From the NCBI GenBank assembly GCA_042216675.1, contig JBDGTS010000020.1, positions 1-64,000 of the forward strand: DNA of 64,000 nucleotides. The letters run 5' to 3'. Below, in pieces: positions 1 to 8,782 of the stretch. Every line of letters begins with the position of its first letter. Positions within the stretch are counted from its first letter, which is position 1. The notes under the pieces are model-generated. The model had not been told where the DNA came from and did no database searches. It saw only the letters and a list, made by a program, of their open reading frames with translations. Source of the stretch: Halobacteriaceae archaeon. GTDB lineage: Archaea > Halobacteriota > Halobacteria > Halobacteriales > Halobacteriaceae. The translations under genes and the position numbers were made by a program.

Positions 1-257
1 TCGCCCTGATGAAGATGGACGACGACGGCGAACAGGACGACAAGGTCATCGCGGTACCAAGCGAGGACCCGCGCTACGACCACGTCGAGGACGTCGACGA
101 CCTGACAGACCAGCAGAAGGCCGAAATCGCCGAGTTCTTCGAGACGTACAAGAACCTCGAAGAAGGCAAGCACACGGAGGTGCTGGGCTGGGAGGACCGC
201 GAGGCGACTCTCGACGCCATCGAACACGGGCAGGACCTCTACGAGCAGGAGTTCTAA
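1..257 (+). CDS. ppa: Inorganic pyrophosphatase, family I (5' truncated by window edge)
   Basis: MKMDDDGEQDDKVIAVP...DPRY...IAEFFETYKNLEEGK is the typical family I PPase C-terminal half. Confidence 0.93.
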   Translation, partial: ALMKMDDDGEQDDKVIAVPSEDPRYDHVEDVDDLTDQQKAEIAEFFETYKNLEEGKHTEVLGWEDREATLDAIEHGQDLYEQEF

Positions 258-315
258 CTTTCGGATTTCGTATATTTGCGAAGGTACTTGAGGATGGGTA
301 GCGGTTGCTCCACCG

Positions 316-1431
316 ATGGGCATCGTCGCAGGCGTCCCGAACACGATGCTAGCACTGGCTGGCGGCGGTATCGCGGCTGGCGGCATCGGAGGGTTCGCCG
401 TGCACGCCCTCCTCAGTCGCCGCGGCGCCGTCGAGGAGAGCGACGCGCTGGCGTCGCTCCGCGACGAGGTGGCCGGCCGGAGTCAGGTCGGCCTCGTCGT
501 CCCCGAGAACGCGAGCGTCGACTCGCTGGCCGCGACCGTCGGCCTGCGAGCGCTCTGCAAGGAGTGGGGCGTCTCCGCGCCCGTCTTCTCCCGTGACCGA
601 ATCACCAGCGAGGACGGCAAGGCGTTCTGTAACCTCTTTGACGTGGACATCCAGACGGTCGACGAAGCGGGCGACGGCCTCGCCGGGAGCGACGGTGCCA
701 TCGTCGTCGGCGGCGGCGGCCCGCTCCCCTCCTTCGGCAACAATCCGCCGGTGGTGGCCGTCGTGCGCCATCGGCCGACGGCCGCCGAGTACCCCCTCGT
801 CGTGGCGCGAAGCGACGACGGCGCCACCTCGACGACGGTGGCCCGCCTGCTCTCGGAGGCCGACGTCATCCCGGACCAGCGCGTGGCGACGGCGCTCCTC
901 TACGGCATCCGCGCCGGGACGCGGGAGTTCCGCCGCGTCCGCGGCGAAGGTGACTACGAGGCCGCGAGTTACCTCCACGACTACGCCGACCACGGCCGCA
1001 TCGAGGCGCTCCGGGCGCCGGGGATGTCGAGCGAGACGTTCGACGTCATCGGCACCGCAATCGCCAACCGCGAACGGCAGGCGAGCGTCGCCGTGACGAA
1101 CGTGGGCGAGGTGCCAGCCGTGAGCGCACTGGAGGAGGCGTCTGACACGCTGTTGCGCCTCGACGGCGTCTCGAACGCCGCCGCGTTCGGCCGCCACGAG
1201 GACACAGTCGTCGTCAACTGCCGGGCCGACGACGTGCGCACGAACGCCCTCGACGTGGTGGAGCGTGCCTTCGAGGACAGCGAGACGGCGGGCGGGAACG
1301 CCGACGTCGCCACCGCCCGCGTGCCGTTGGGGCTGTTCGGCCGCATCGACGACGAGAACCAGGACACGCTCGACGACCTCATCGACGCGAGTACCCGGTC
1401 TGCGCTCTTCGGTGCGTTCGAAACTGCCTGA
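316..1431 (+). CDS. DHH/NrnA-like phosphoesterase fold protein with degenerate catalytic motifs and N-terminal hydrophobic segment
   Basis: DGATSTTV, VATALLYGIRAGT and AGGN-type motifs fit the DHH/DHHA1 layout; DxD and DHH positions read SVDS and VRHRP. Confidence 0.7.
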   Translation: MGIVAGVPNTMLALAGGGIAAGGIGGFAVHALLSRRGAVEESDALASLRDEVAGRSQVGLVVPENASVDSLAATVGLRALCKEWGVSAPVFSRDRITSEDGKAFCNLFDVDIQTVDEAGDGLAGSDGAIVVGGGGPLPSFGNNPPVVAVVRHRPTAAEYPLVVARSDDGATSTTVARLLSEADVIPDQRVATALLYGIRAGTREFRRVRGEGDYEAASYLHDYADHGRIEALRAPGMSSETFDVIGTAIANRERQASVAVTNVGEVPAVSALEEASDTLLRLDGVSNAAAFGRHEDTVVVNCRADDVRTNALDVVERAFEDSETAGGNADVATARVPLGLFGRIDDENQDTLDDLIDASTRSALFGAFETA

Positions 1432-1499
1432 GCGTCCGCGACGGCCACAACGCGGACCGCGAAACGAAGATTCTTGGTCTCCTTGCCACTAGCGAGGCT

Positions 1500-2846
1500 A
1501 TGGGTCTCTTCGACAAAATCCGCGGTGGCGAGGAGGAACGGGTCGCCTTCCTCGGCATCGACGGCGTTCCTCACAGTCTCATCGAGAACAACCCCGACGT
1601 GTTTCCGAACCTCGCCGACATCGAGGCGGCGGGCGATTCGGGCGCCATCGAGAGCATCGTGCCGCCGGAGTCGAGTGCGTGCTGGCCCTCCCTCACGACC
1701 GGCAAGAACCCCGGCGAGACGGGCGTCTACGGCTTCACGGACCGCGAGACGGGCTCCTACGACACCTACGTACCGATGGGGCGGGACGTGCAGGTGGACC
1801 GCGTCTGGGACCGCGTGACCGACGAGGACCGGCAGGCCACCGTGATGAACGTCCCCGTCTCCTTCCCGCCGCAGCGTGACGTACAGCGGATGGTCTCGGG
1901 CTTTCTCTCGCCCGGCGTCGACAAGGCAGCGTACCCCGACGAGTTCCGCGACGACTTGCAGTCGATGGACTACCGCCTCGACCCGAACCCGAAACTGGGC
2001 CACAAGGAGGACAAGACGGAGTTCATCGACGACGCACACGAGGTCCTCGAGAAGCGCTTCGAGGCGTTCAAGCGCTACATCCGGGCGGACGACTGGGACC
2101 TCTTCTTCGGCGTCTTCATGTCCACGGACCGCGTGAACCACTTCCTCTTCGAGGACTACACCGACGACGGCGAGTACAAAGAGGAGTTCCTGAACTTCTA
2201 CCGCGCTCTCGACGACTACATCGGCCGCCTGCGCGACGAACTCGCCGACGACGTGACCCTGCTCATCGCCAGCGACCACGGGTTCACGAAACTGGACTAC
2301 GAGGTCCACCTCAACACGTGGCTCGAAGAGCAGGGATGGCTCGACTTCGAGGCGGAGGAGCACGACGACCTCGGGGACATCAGCGACGACACGAGAGCAT
2401 ACTCCTTCATCCCGGGCCGCATCTACCTCAACCTCGAAGGCCGTGAGCCGCGCGGCGCCGTGCCCGCCGACGAGTACGAGGAGACGCGCGCCGAACTCAA
2501 GGAGGTCCTCGAAGGGCTGGACGGCCCCGACGGGAACCCGGTCCTCGAACGCGTCGTCGAACGCGAGAAGGCCTTCGACGGCCCCCACGACGACATCGCC
2601 CCGGACCTCGTCGCCATCCCGAACGACGGCTTCGACTTGAAGGCCAGTTTCCGCCCCGAGGACGAGGTGTTCGACAAGGGCGCTCGCAACGGGATGCACA
2701 ACTTCTACGACGCGACGCTGTTCGTCGACGACCCCGACGTGCGCGTCGAGGGCGACGTGAACCTCTTCGACCTGACGCCGACGATGCTGGACCTCCTCGA
2801 CGTCGACTACGACGGCGCCGAGTTCGACGGCCGGAGCCTCGCCTAA
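1500..2846 (+). CDS. Alkaline-phosphatase-superfamily nucleotide pyrophosphatase/phosphodiesterase
   Basis: FLGIDG, PPESSACWPSLTTG (nucleophile region), TDRVNH, ASDHGF and GMH metal-binding motifs. Confidence 0.85.
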   Translation: MGLFDKIRGGEEERVAFLGIDGVPHSLIENNPDVFPNLADIEAAGDSGAIESIVPPESSACWPSLTTGKNPGETGVYGFTDRETGSYDTYVPMGRDVQVDRVWDRVTDEDRQATVMNVPVSFPPQRDVQRMVSGFLSPGVDKAAYPDEFRDDLQSMDYRLDPNPKLGHKEDKTEFIDDAHEVLEKRFEAFKRYIRADDWDLFFGVFMSTDRVNHFLFEDYTDDGEYKEEFLNFYRALDDYIGRLRDELADDVTLLIASDHGFTKLDYEVHLNTWLEEQGWLDFEAEEHDDLGDISDDTRAYSFIPGRIYLNLEGREPRGAVPADEYEETRAELKEVLEGLDGPDGNPVLERVVEREKAFDGPHDDIAPDLVAIPNDGFDLKASFRPEDEVFDKGARNGMHNFYDATLFVDDPDVRVEGDVNLFDLTPTMLDLLDVDYDGAEFDGRSLA

Positions 2847-2853
2847 CTTTATC
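2847..2853 (+). promoter_or_regulatory. Putative TATA box for the pilus-cluster transcript (leaderless)
   Basis: CTTTATC about 26-32 nt upstream of ATG 2879. Confidence 0.45.
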
Positions 2854-2878
2854 CCGTGGAGGGCGGCCACCACCGCCC

Positions 2879-3367
2879 ATGGACGACGAAACCATCGAAG
2901 AGCGGCTTCGAGCGGTCGAACGCGCGGTCAGCGAGGACGAAGTGCCGGAGCACGTGGCCGAGACGGCGGCGCTGGCCGGCCGCGTCGAGGGGACCGAGGC
3001 AGAACTCGCCGACGTCGAGGAGCGACTCGCGGAGGTGGAGGCCGCAGTGCAGGCCCTCCGCGGCTACGTCGGCGACGTGCGAAACGTCAACCGCGACGTG
3101 GAGCGACGGGCGGACAGCGCCCTCGCGAAAGTCGAGGAGTTAGAGGCCGAGGCGGCACGCGGCGACGGGCGAGCGCCGAGGCGGCCGGCGCGGGAGGCCG
3201 ACGGCGGTCGGCAAGAGAGTGAACGCGAGCGGTCGGCGGGTCAGCGCGAGCGGTCCCCGGCGGACCGCCGCGAGACGCGGCGAGACGGCGTCGCGCCGGA
3301 GCACCCGATTCCCGAGCCATCGACCGACGAGCCGTCGCTCCGCGAGCGCATCGCGGCGTGGCTGTGA
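2879..3367 (+). CDS. Coiled-coil hypothetical protein, first gene of the pilus-like cluster
   Basis: Heptad-rich (LADVEERLAEVEAAVQALRGY), acidic; stop overlaps the next start (GTGA). Confidence 0.7.
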   Translation: MDDETIEERLRAVERAVSEDEVPEHVAETAALAGRVEGTEAELADVEERLAEVEAAVQALRGYVGDVRNVNRDVERRADSALAKVEELEAEAARGDGRAPRRPAREADGGRQESERERSAGQRERSPADRRETRRDGVAPEHPIPEPSTDEPSLRERIAAWL

Positions 3368-3801
3368 CGGTTCGCGCCGTCGTCGCCGTGGCGCTGGCGC
3401 TCGGCGTCTGTGGCGTCGCGCTCCCCCTCATCGAAGACGCGACGGCGACGCGCGCCGACGCGGCGGGCGAGCGAGCGGCCGACGCCATCGCGGACGCGGC
3501 GGCGAACCTCGCCGAGAGCGACGCCACGGCGGGCCCGGGCGCGCGACAGGTCGTCGCCGTCTCGCTCCCCGAGGGGCCGGGTAGCGGCGTGCGGGCCATC
3601 GCCGTGGGCGGGATTCCGGGGACTGCAGGCCGAAGCGTCGTGGCCTATCGCCTCGACGGCGGAGACTGGCGCGTGGCCGCGCGCCTCCCGGTGAGGGTAG
3701 ACGGGGACCCGCTCGTCGTCAGGGGCGACGCCCGTCTCACGCTCCGTCTCCACACGGCTGACAGGGGTCGAGTTCTGCGAGCGTCGGCCGAGCGTTTATG
3801 A
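3364..3801 (+). CDS. Membrane-anchored hypothetical protein (pilus cluster)
   Basis: GTG start overlapping the upstream stop; N-terminal hydrophobic helix followed by a beta-rich domain. Confidence 0.6.
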   Translation: MTVRAVVAVALALGVCGVALPLIEDATATRADAAGERAADAIADAAANLAESDATAGPGARQVVAVSLPEGPGSGVRAIAVGGIPGTAGRSVVAYRLDGGDWRVAARLPVRVDGDPLVVRGDARLTLRLHTADRGRVLRASAERL

Positions 3802-3825
3802 CCGAGAGCGCGGCCACCCCGCGCC

Positions 3826-5712
3826 ATGCACGACCTGCTCGACGCGATTCGACCGGGCGAACCCGACTGCGCGTGCGAGGCAGCATTCGACGGGGACCGC
3901 CTCACGCTCACCGCCGACGACTGCCCCGGGAACGGCGCCCTCGCGACCGAACCTGCGTGTCGCGCGACGGCCGTGGAAGCGCTCCGACGTCGCGACGCCG
4001 ACACGGTTGTCACTCGCGCCACCGGCACCGAGCGGCGGTACACGGGCCGCGCGGCCGCGCTCCTAACCGCTGCCGGCCGATTCGCGGAGCGCATCGCAGA
4101 CCGAGACGAGCGACTCGCCGCGCGGACCGAACGGGACCCGCTCGGGGCGGCGACGGAAGCGACGGGGCGCGCCGGCCCGGCCGCGACGGCGGCCGCCGAA
4201 ACCGGGCTGGCGGCCGTCGCCGACGCCGCCGCGGACTACGACGACGCGCTTCGGGCCTTCGTCGGGCCGACCGTAGCGAAGTCACGCGTCGCGCGGACGC
4301 CCCCGGCCGACGCAGAACTCGTCGAGACGCGTGACCCCGAAGGACCGGCGAGCGCACGCGTCTACGCGGTACCCGGCGACGAACTCGACACGTATCACCT
4401 CGAACCCGCGACTGCGACGCTCTCCGACGCGGGGCGACGAGCGCTCGCTGCGGCCCGGGACTATCTCTCAGCAGGCCGCGCCGGCGACGGTGACCGGGCG
4501 CCCGCCCGCGCCGTCCGAGCGGTGGCCGACGCTGACCTCCCCGTCGGACGGTTAGCCGACGCGCTGACGGCGCACACGCGGGGCCACGGCGTCCTCGAGG
4601 ACCTGTTCGCCGACCCGGGCGTCTCGGACGTGTTCGCCAGCGCACCCGCCGCGGCGAACGACCTGCGCGTCACCGTCGAGGGGGAGACGATGCGCACGAA
4701 CGTCCGCCTCACCGAAACGGGCGCCGAGACGCTGGCCTCGCAGTTGCGCCGCGCCAGCGGCCGCGCGTTCTCACGGGCGAACCCGACCCTCGACGCCGTC
4801 GCCGAGAACGTCGGCGCGGCGGACCGGGTCCGTGCGGCCGGCGTGACCGCCCCCGTCGCGGACGGGACCGGCTTCGCCTTCCGGGCACACAGCGGTCCGA
4901 CGCCGACGCTCCCGTGGCTCGTGGGGGAGGGGATGCCGGCCGAGCCAGCGGCGCTCCTATCGCTCGCTGTCGAGCGCGGCGTCGCGGCGCTCGTCGCTGG
5001 AACTCGGGGGGCGGGCAAGACGACGCTGCTCTCGGCGCTTCTGTGGGAACTACCGGCGGCGGTTCGCATCTGCGCTATCGAGGACACCCCGGAACTCCCC
5101 GTCGAGGCACTCCAGTCTCACGGCCGGGACGTGCAGGCGCTCCGAACCGAACTCGACGCCGACAGAGGAGTATCGCCGAGCGAGGCGCTCCGCACGGCGC
5201 TCCGACTCGGGGAGGGGGCGCTGGCTGTCGGCGAAGTGCGGGGCGAGGAGGCACAGACGCTCTACGAGGCGATGCGCGTCGGCGCGAGCGGGAGCGCCGT
5301 CCTCGGGACCATCCACGGTGACGGCGCCGAGGCGGTCCGGGAGCGCGTCGTCTCGGACCTCGGCGTCCCCGAGTCGGCGTTCGCGGCCACAGACCTCGTC
5401 GTCACGATGGAGTCCGTCCGGACGCCGTCGGGCACGGCGCGGCGACTCGCCGGCGTGGAGGAAGTCGGTCAGGGCGACGACGGCGTCTGGTTCGCGCCAC
5501 TGTACGACCGCTCTGGCGGCGGCTTGCAGGCGACCGGTCGCCTCCGACACGGCGACAGCCACCTCCTCGCGTCGCTCACCCGCGGCGAGGAGTCCTACGC
5601 GGACGTGCTGGCGGCGCTCGACGAGCGCGCGCGTGACCTCTCAGCGCTTGCGGATGGCGAGCGGACTGACCCGTCCGCGGTCATCGCCGCGGGCGCGGAG
5701 CGACGGGCATGA
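3826..5712 (+). CDS. Type IV pilus/T2SS assembly ATPase (PilB/TadA/VirB11-like)
   Basis: Walker A GTRGAGKT, Asp box IEDTPEL, Walker B AVGEVRG, His box GTIHG. Confidence 0.9.
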   Translation: MHDLLDAIRPGEPDCACEAAFDGDRLTLTADDCPGNGALATEPACRATAVEALRRRDADTVVTRATGTERRYTGRAAALLTAAGRFAERIADRDERLAARTERDPLGAATEATGRAGPAATAAAETGLAAVADAAADYDDALRAFVGPTVAKSRVARTPPADAELVETRDPEGPASARVYAVPGDELDTYHLEPATATLSDAGRRALAAARDYLSAGRAGDGDRAPARAVRAVADADLPVGRLADALTAHTRGHGVLEDLFADPGVSDVFASAPAAANDLRVTVEGETMRTNVRLTETGAETLASQLRRASGRAFSRANPTLDAVAENVGAADRVRAAGVTAPVADGTGFAFRAHSGPTPTLPWLVGEGMPAEPAALLSLAVERGVAALVAGTRGAGKTTLLSALLWELPAAVRICAIEDTPELPVEALQSHGRDVQALRTELDADRGVSPSEALRTALRLGEGALAVGEVRGEEAQTLYEAMRVGASGSAVLGTIHGDGAEAVRERVVSDLGVPESAFAATDLVVTMESVRTPSGTARRLAGVEEVGQGDDGVWFAPLYDRSGGGLQATGRLRHGDSHLLASLTRGEESYADVLAALDERARDLSALADGERTDPSAVIAAGAERRA

Positions 5713-7412
5713 GTTTCGTCCTGCGAGCGCTGGCCGCGCTCTCGCCGGTCGAACCGAGTCTGGACGGTGAGTTCGAACGGGCCGTCGCGTTCGCGGACAT
5801 CGACGCGAACGCGGAGACGGTGGCTAACGCGGCGCTCGGGGCGGTTTCCGTGGCACTCGTGCTCGCCGGAATGATAGCACTGTCGCCGCTCCGAGGCGGC
5901 GTCCTCGTTGCGGGCGCGACGATGGCCGTCGGAGCCACGATTGCCGTCGCGCTCTACGAGTGTCCGGGCTGGGTGGCGACGGCGCGCCGGTCCCGGGCCG
6001 CAGGGGACGTCCCGGAACTCATCGGCCTCGCGGCGCTCCGGGCACGCGTCGCGCCGACTCCGGAGGAAGCCGCCGCGTTCGCCGGCGAACACGCGGGCGA
6101 GCCGTTGGCCGCGAGCCTCCGCGAACACGTCCGGCGGGCACAGGGAACGCCCCGGGCCGGCTGGGAGGGCTTCGCGACTGCGTGGGGGGACTGGGACCCG
6201 TCGCTCCGGCGGGCCGTCTCGCTGCTGACCGCGGCCGTCGACGCCGACGCCGGGGACCGGGAGCGCCTGCTCGACCGGTCGCTGGACGTGGTGTTGACCG
6301 GGACCCGCGAACGGATGAGTGCATTCGCCGCGAGCATCCGCGGGCCGACGAGCGCCATCTATGCGTTCGGCGTCGTGCTCCCACTCGCGTTGGTGGCGAC
6401 GCTCCCGGCCGCTCGGGCCGCGGGGCTGCCGATTTCGATGACGGTTGTCGTCGCGATGTTCGACGTTGCGCTGCCCTGTCTGCTCCTCGGTGCCGCCGCG
6501 TGGCTGGTGGCCCGTCGGCCGGCGGCGTTTCCGCCCGCGCCGGTCCCCCGTTCGCATCCCGACGTGCCGGACCGGCGCGCTGTGGCCGTGACCTGCGCTC
6601 TTCTCGGCGGGGTGCTGGCGTGGGTCGGTGTCGGTCGCATAGCGCCGGCGTGGACGCGCCTCGTCGCGACGCCGGGCGTCGCTCTCGGAGCGGCGCTCGT
6701 CTGCTGGTACGACCCGGTACGCCGGGTGCGAGAGCGGGTGAGCGCGGTCGAGACCGGTCTCGCCGACGCGCTCTCGTTCGTCGGGCAGCGCCTCCAACAC
6801 GGCGAATCACTGGAACGGGCCGTCGCCGCGGCCGGCGACGACCTGTCGGGTCCGGTGGCGGACGTGTTCGCCGACGCGGCGCGAACGCAGACCCACCTCC
6901 GCGTCGGCGTGCGAGCGTCGTTCCTCGGGGAGCAGGGGGCACTCGCCGACGTGCCGAGTCCACGCGCCCGCGCCAGCGCGGCCCTGCTGGCGCTGGCGGC
7001 GCGAGAGGGCGGCGACGGGGGTCGCATCCTCGTCGAGATGGCCGAGTACGTGGACGACCTCACGGCCGTCGAGCGAGACGCGCGACGGAATCTCGCGAGC
7101 GTGACCGGGACGCTCCGAAGTACGGCCTACTGCTTCGCGCCGCTCATCGGTGGCGTCACGGTGGCACTGGCGGGCCGCCTCGGCAGAACCGGCGCGTCCC
7201 TCGACCGGGCCAGCGCACCGTTGCCGACAGATGCGCTCGGCCTCGCGGTGGGCGTCTACGTCGTCGCTCTCGCCGCTCTCCTCGTGTCGCTGGCCGCAGT
7301 GCTGGATCGGGGCTTCGACCGGGCGCTCGTCGGCTTCCACGTCGGCGTCGCCGTGGCCGTCGCGAGCGTGCTGTATCCGCTGTCCGTCGCCGGCGCGAGC
7401 CTGCTGGTCTAA
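5709..7412 (+). CDS. Type IV pilus platform membrane protein (PilC/TadC, T2SSF-like)
   Basis: Multi-TM protein coupled to the ATPase by ATGA overlap; two T2SSF-like halves (DVPELIGL..., GLADALSFVGQRL). Confidence 0.8.
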   Translation: MSFVLRALAALSPVEPSLDGEFERAVAFADIDANAETVANAALGAVSVALVLAGMIALSPLRGGVLVAGATMAVGATIAVALYECPGWVATARRSRAAGDVPELIGLAALRARVAPTPEEAAAFAGEHAGEPLAASLREHVRRAQGTPRAGWEGFATAWGDWDPSLRRAVSLLTAAVDADAGDRERLLDRSLDVVLTGTRERMSAFAASIRGPTSAIYAFGVVLPLALVATLPAARAAGLPISMTVVVAMFDVALPCLLLGAAAWLVARRPAAFPPAPVPRSHPDVPDRRAVAVTCALLGGVLAWVGVGRIAPAWTRLVATPGVALGAALVCWYDPVRRVRERVSAVETGLADALSFVGQRLQHGESLERAVAAAGDDLSGPVADVFADAARTQTHLRVGVRASFLGEQGALADVPSPRARASAALLALAAREGGDGGRILVEMAEYVDDLTAVERDARRNLASVTGTLRSTAYCFAPLIGGVTVALAGRLGRTGASLDRASAPLPTDALGLAVGVYVVALAALLVSLAAVLDRGFDRALVGFHVGVAVAVASVLYPLSVAGASLLV

Positions 7413-7419
7413 TTTTAAG
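7413..7419 (+). promoter_or_regulatory. Putative internal TATA box for the pilin-like genes
   Basis: TTTTAAG about 26-32 nt upstream of ATG 7445, in otherwise GC-rich DNA. Confidence 0.5.
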
Positions 7420-7444
7420 TGTGGGAGCGGGACCAGCCCGTGCC

Positions 7445-7915
7445 ATGTTCGACACGCTGGCCGACGTGCCACAACTGGGCGTGGCGCTCGGCGTCGTCAG
7501 CCTCACGATGTTCGGTATCGTCACCGACCTTCCGGAAGCGCCCGCACCCGACGCGACAGCGGCGGGCGCGACAGTCGACCGGGCGGCCGCCACCTCGCAT
7601 CCGACGACGGCGAGCCATCCGCTCGCCGCGCAGGCCGTGAAAATCGGCCCCCACGAAATCGCGCTCCGAAACGGGGGTGGGACCGCGCACGCGGCGTTCG
7701 CCTACGGCCCCGTAACTCCGGTTCCGGACTCGGGAGCGCTCCGGCGCGTCCTCCGCGGGGCGCCACCCTCCCGGGAGTTCGAGTCACCATCGGCGTTCGA
7801 GCGGGCGGCGCGCGGCCGGCAGAACCGGTCGCCGCGGTGGCAGTCGGCGGGCGAGAAACTGCTCGTCAGACACGTCACGTGGGGTGATGTGAATGTCACG
7901 CTGGTCGGCGCGTAG
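7445..7915 (+). CDS. Membrane-anchored/secreted protein of the pilus cluster
   Basis: MFDTLADVPQLGVALGVVSL... at the end of the 5960 ORF; N-terminal hydrophobic segment and upstream TATA. Confidence 0.7.
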   Translation: MFDTLADVPQLGVALGVVSLTMFGIVTDLPEAPAPDATAAGATVDRAAATSHPTTASHPLAAQAVKIGPHEIALRNGGGTAHAAFAYGPVTPVPDSGALRRVLRGAPPSREFESPSAFERAARGRQNRSPRWQSAGEKLLVRHVTWGDVNVTLVGA

Positions 7916-8282
7916 AGCGCAGGCGGAGCCGCTGGCCGTGCTAGTGGCGACGGCCGTGGTCGGCGTCGCGCTCTCGGCGTACGTCGGTATCGTACCGAGC
8001 GCCATGCCCGGCGAACGCGGGGCGAGCGCCGCCGAACCGACGGCCGAGCGAGCGGCCGAACGGCTCCGGACCGACGGCATCGTCGAACCACGAAACCTGC
8101 AGACAGCGCTGACTGCGGCACCGGAGGGCTATCACGTCAACGTCTCCGTGTCGGCGCGCGGCGAGGAGTGGACCGTCGGCCCGCATCCGCCGGCGAAGGC
8201 GGAACACGCGTCGCGGGTCGTCCCGGTTCGAGTCGACGGCACCGTCGCGTCTGGCCGCGTCCGCGTGGAGGTGTGGACGTGA
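7893..8282 (+). CDS. Pilin-like protein (class III signal peptide)
   Basis: RRA|QAEPLAVLVATAVVGVAL: basic residue, A, Q, then a hydrophobic stretch. Confidence 0.7.
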   Translation: MSRWSARRAQAEPLAVLVATAVVGVALSAYVGIVPSAMPGERGASAAEPTAERAAERLRTDGIVEPRNLQTALTAAPEGYHVNVSVSARGEEWTVGPHPPAKAEHASRVVPVRVDGTVASGRVRVEVWT

Positions 8283-8782
8283 CCGCGAATCGCGGCGTGA
8301 GTGCCGCCGTGGACGCGGCGCTGTGTCTCCTCCTCGTCAGCGCGAGCGTCCTCACGCTGACGGCCGTGTCGCCGCCCGGGCCCGCCGGGGAAACGGAAGT
8401 ACGTCGGGGCGCGGAACTGCTCGGCGCGACGACGGCCACGGTGTCGTACGCTGACGGGTCCCGGGTCGCACGCGGCACTGTCGCGGCGCTACTGGCAGAT
8501 GCGGCGGTGCTGACCGCACGCGCCGGGCGCCACCCGGAGTTCGTCGCCGGCGTGAAGAATTCGACGCGGCGCGCGCTCGCCGGACTCCCCGGCGAAATGG
8601 CGGTCCGGGTCCGTTGGCGGCCCACGCCGGGCGCGCCCGTGGCCGGCCGTCTCTCCGTCGGTGAGCGTCCGCCCGCGAACGTCGACGTCCGCGCGGCGGA
8701 GTTCACGATTCCGGCCGGCGGCCGCGCGAACCGAAGCGCGCGGGGTCGGGCAGTCATCGTCGTCCGGGGGTGGGACCGGTGA
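8279..8782 (+). CDS. Pilin-like protein (class III signal peptide)
   Basis: GTGA overlap start; NRG|VSAAVDAALCLLLVSA. Confidence 0.65.
   Translation: MTANRGVSAAVDAALCLLLVSASVLTLTAVSPPGPAGETEVRRGAELLGATTATVSYADGSRVARGTVAALLADAAVLTARAGRHPEFVAGVKNSTRRALAGLPGEMAVRVRWRPTPGAPVAGRLSVGERPPANVDVRAAEFTIPAGGRANRSARGRAVIVVRGWDR

Noticed and set aside
981-2873. Long antisense or alternative-frame ORFs (also 21517-24183, 35672-37939, 39309-41387, 44653-46719, 51291-53462)
   Set aside because: Shadow ORFs of high-GC coding DNA. They overlap genes with clear motifs and have Arg/Pro- or Val-biased composition. Only the last 360 nt of 21517-24183 (DUF192) is kept.
5960-7915. 651-aa fusion ORF (similarly the N-terminal extensions of 19232-21505, 32357-33955, 58488-60308, 59923-61302)
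   Set aside because: Only the C-terminal parts have protein-like composition; downstream ATG starts, some with TATA-like boxes, explain them.
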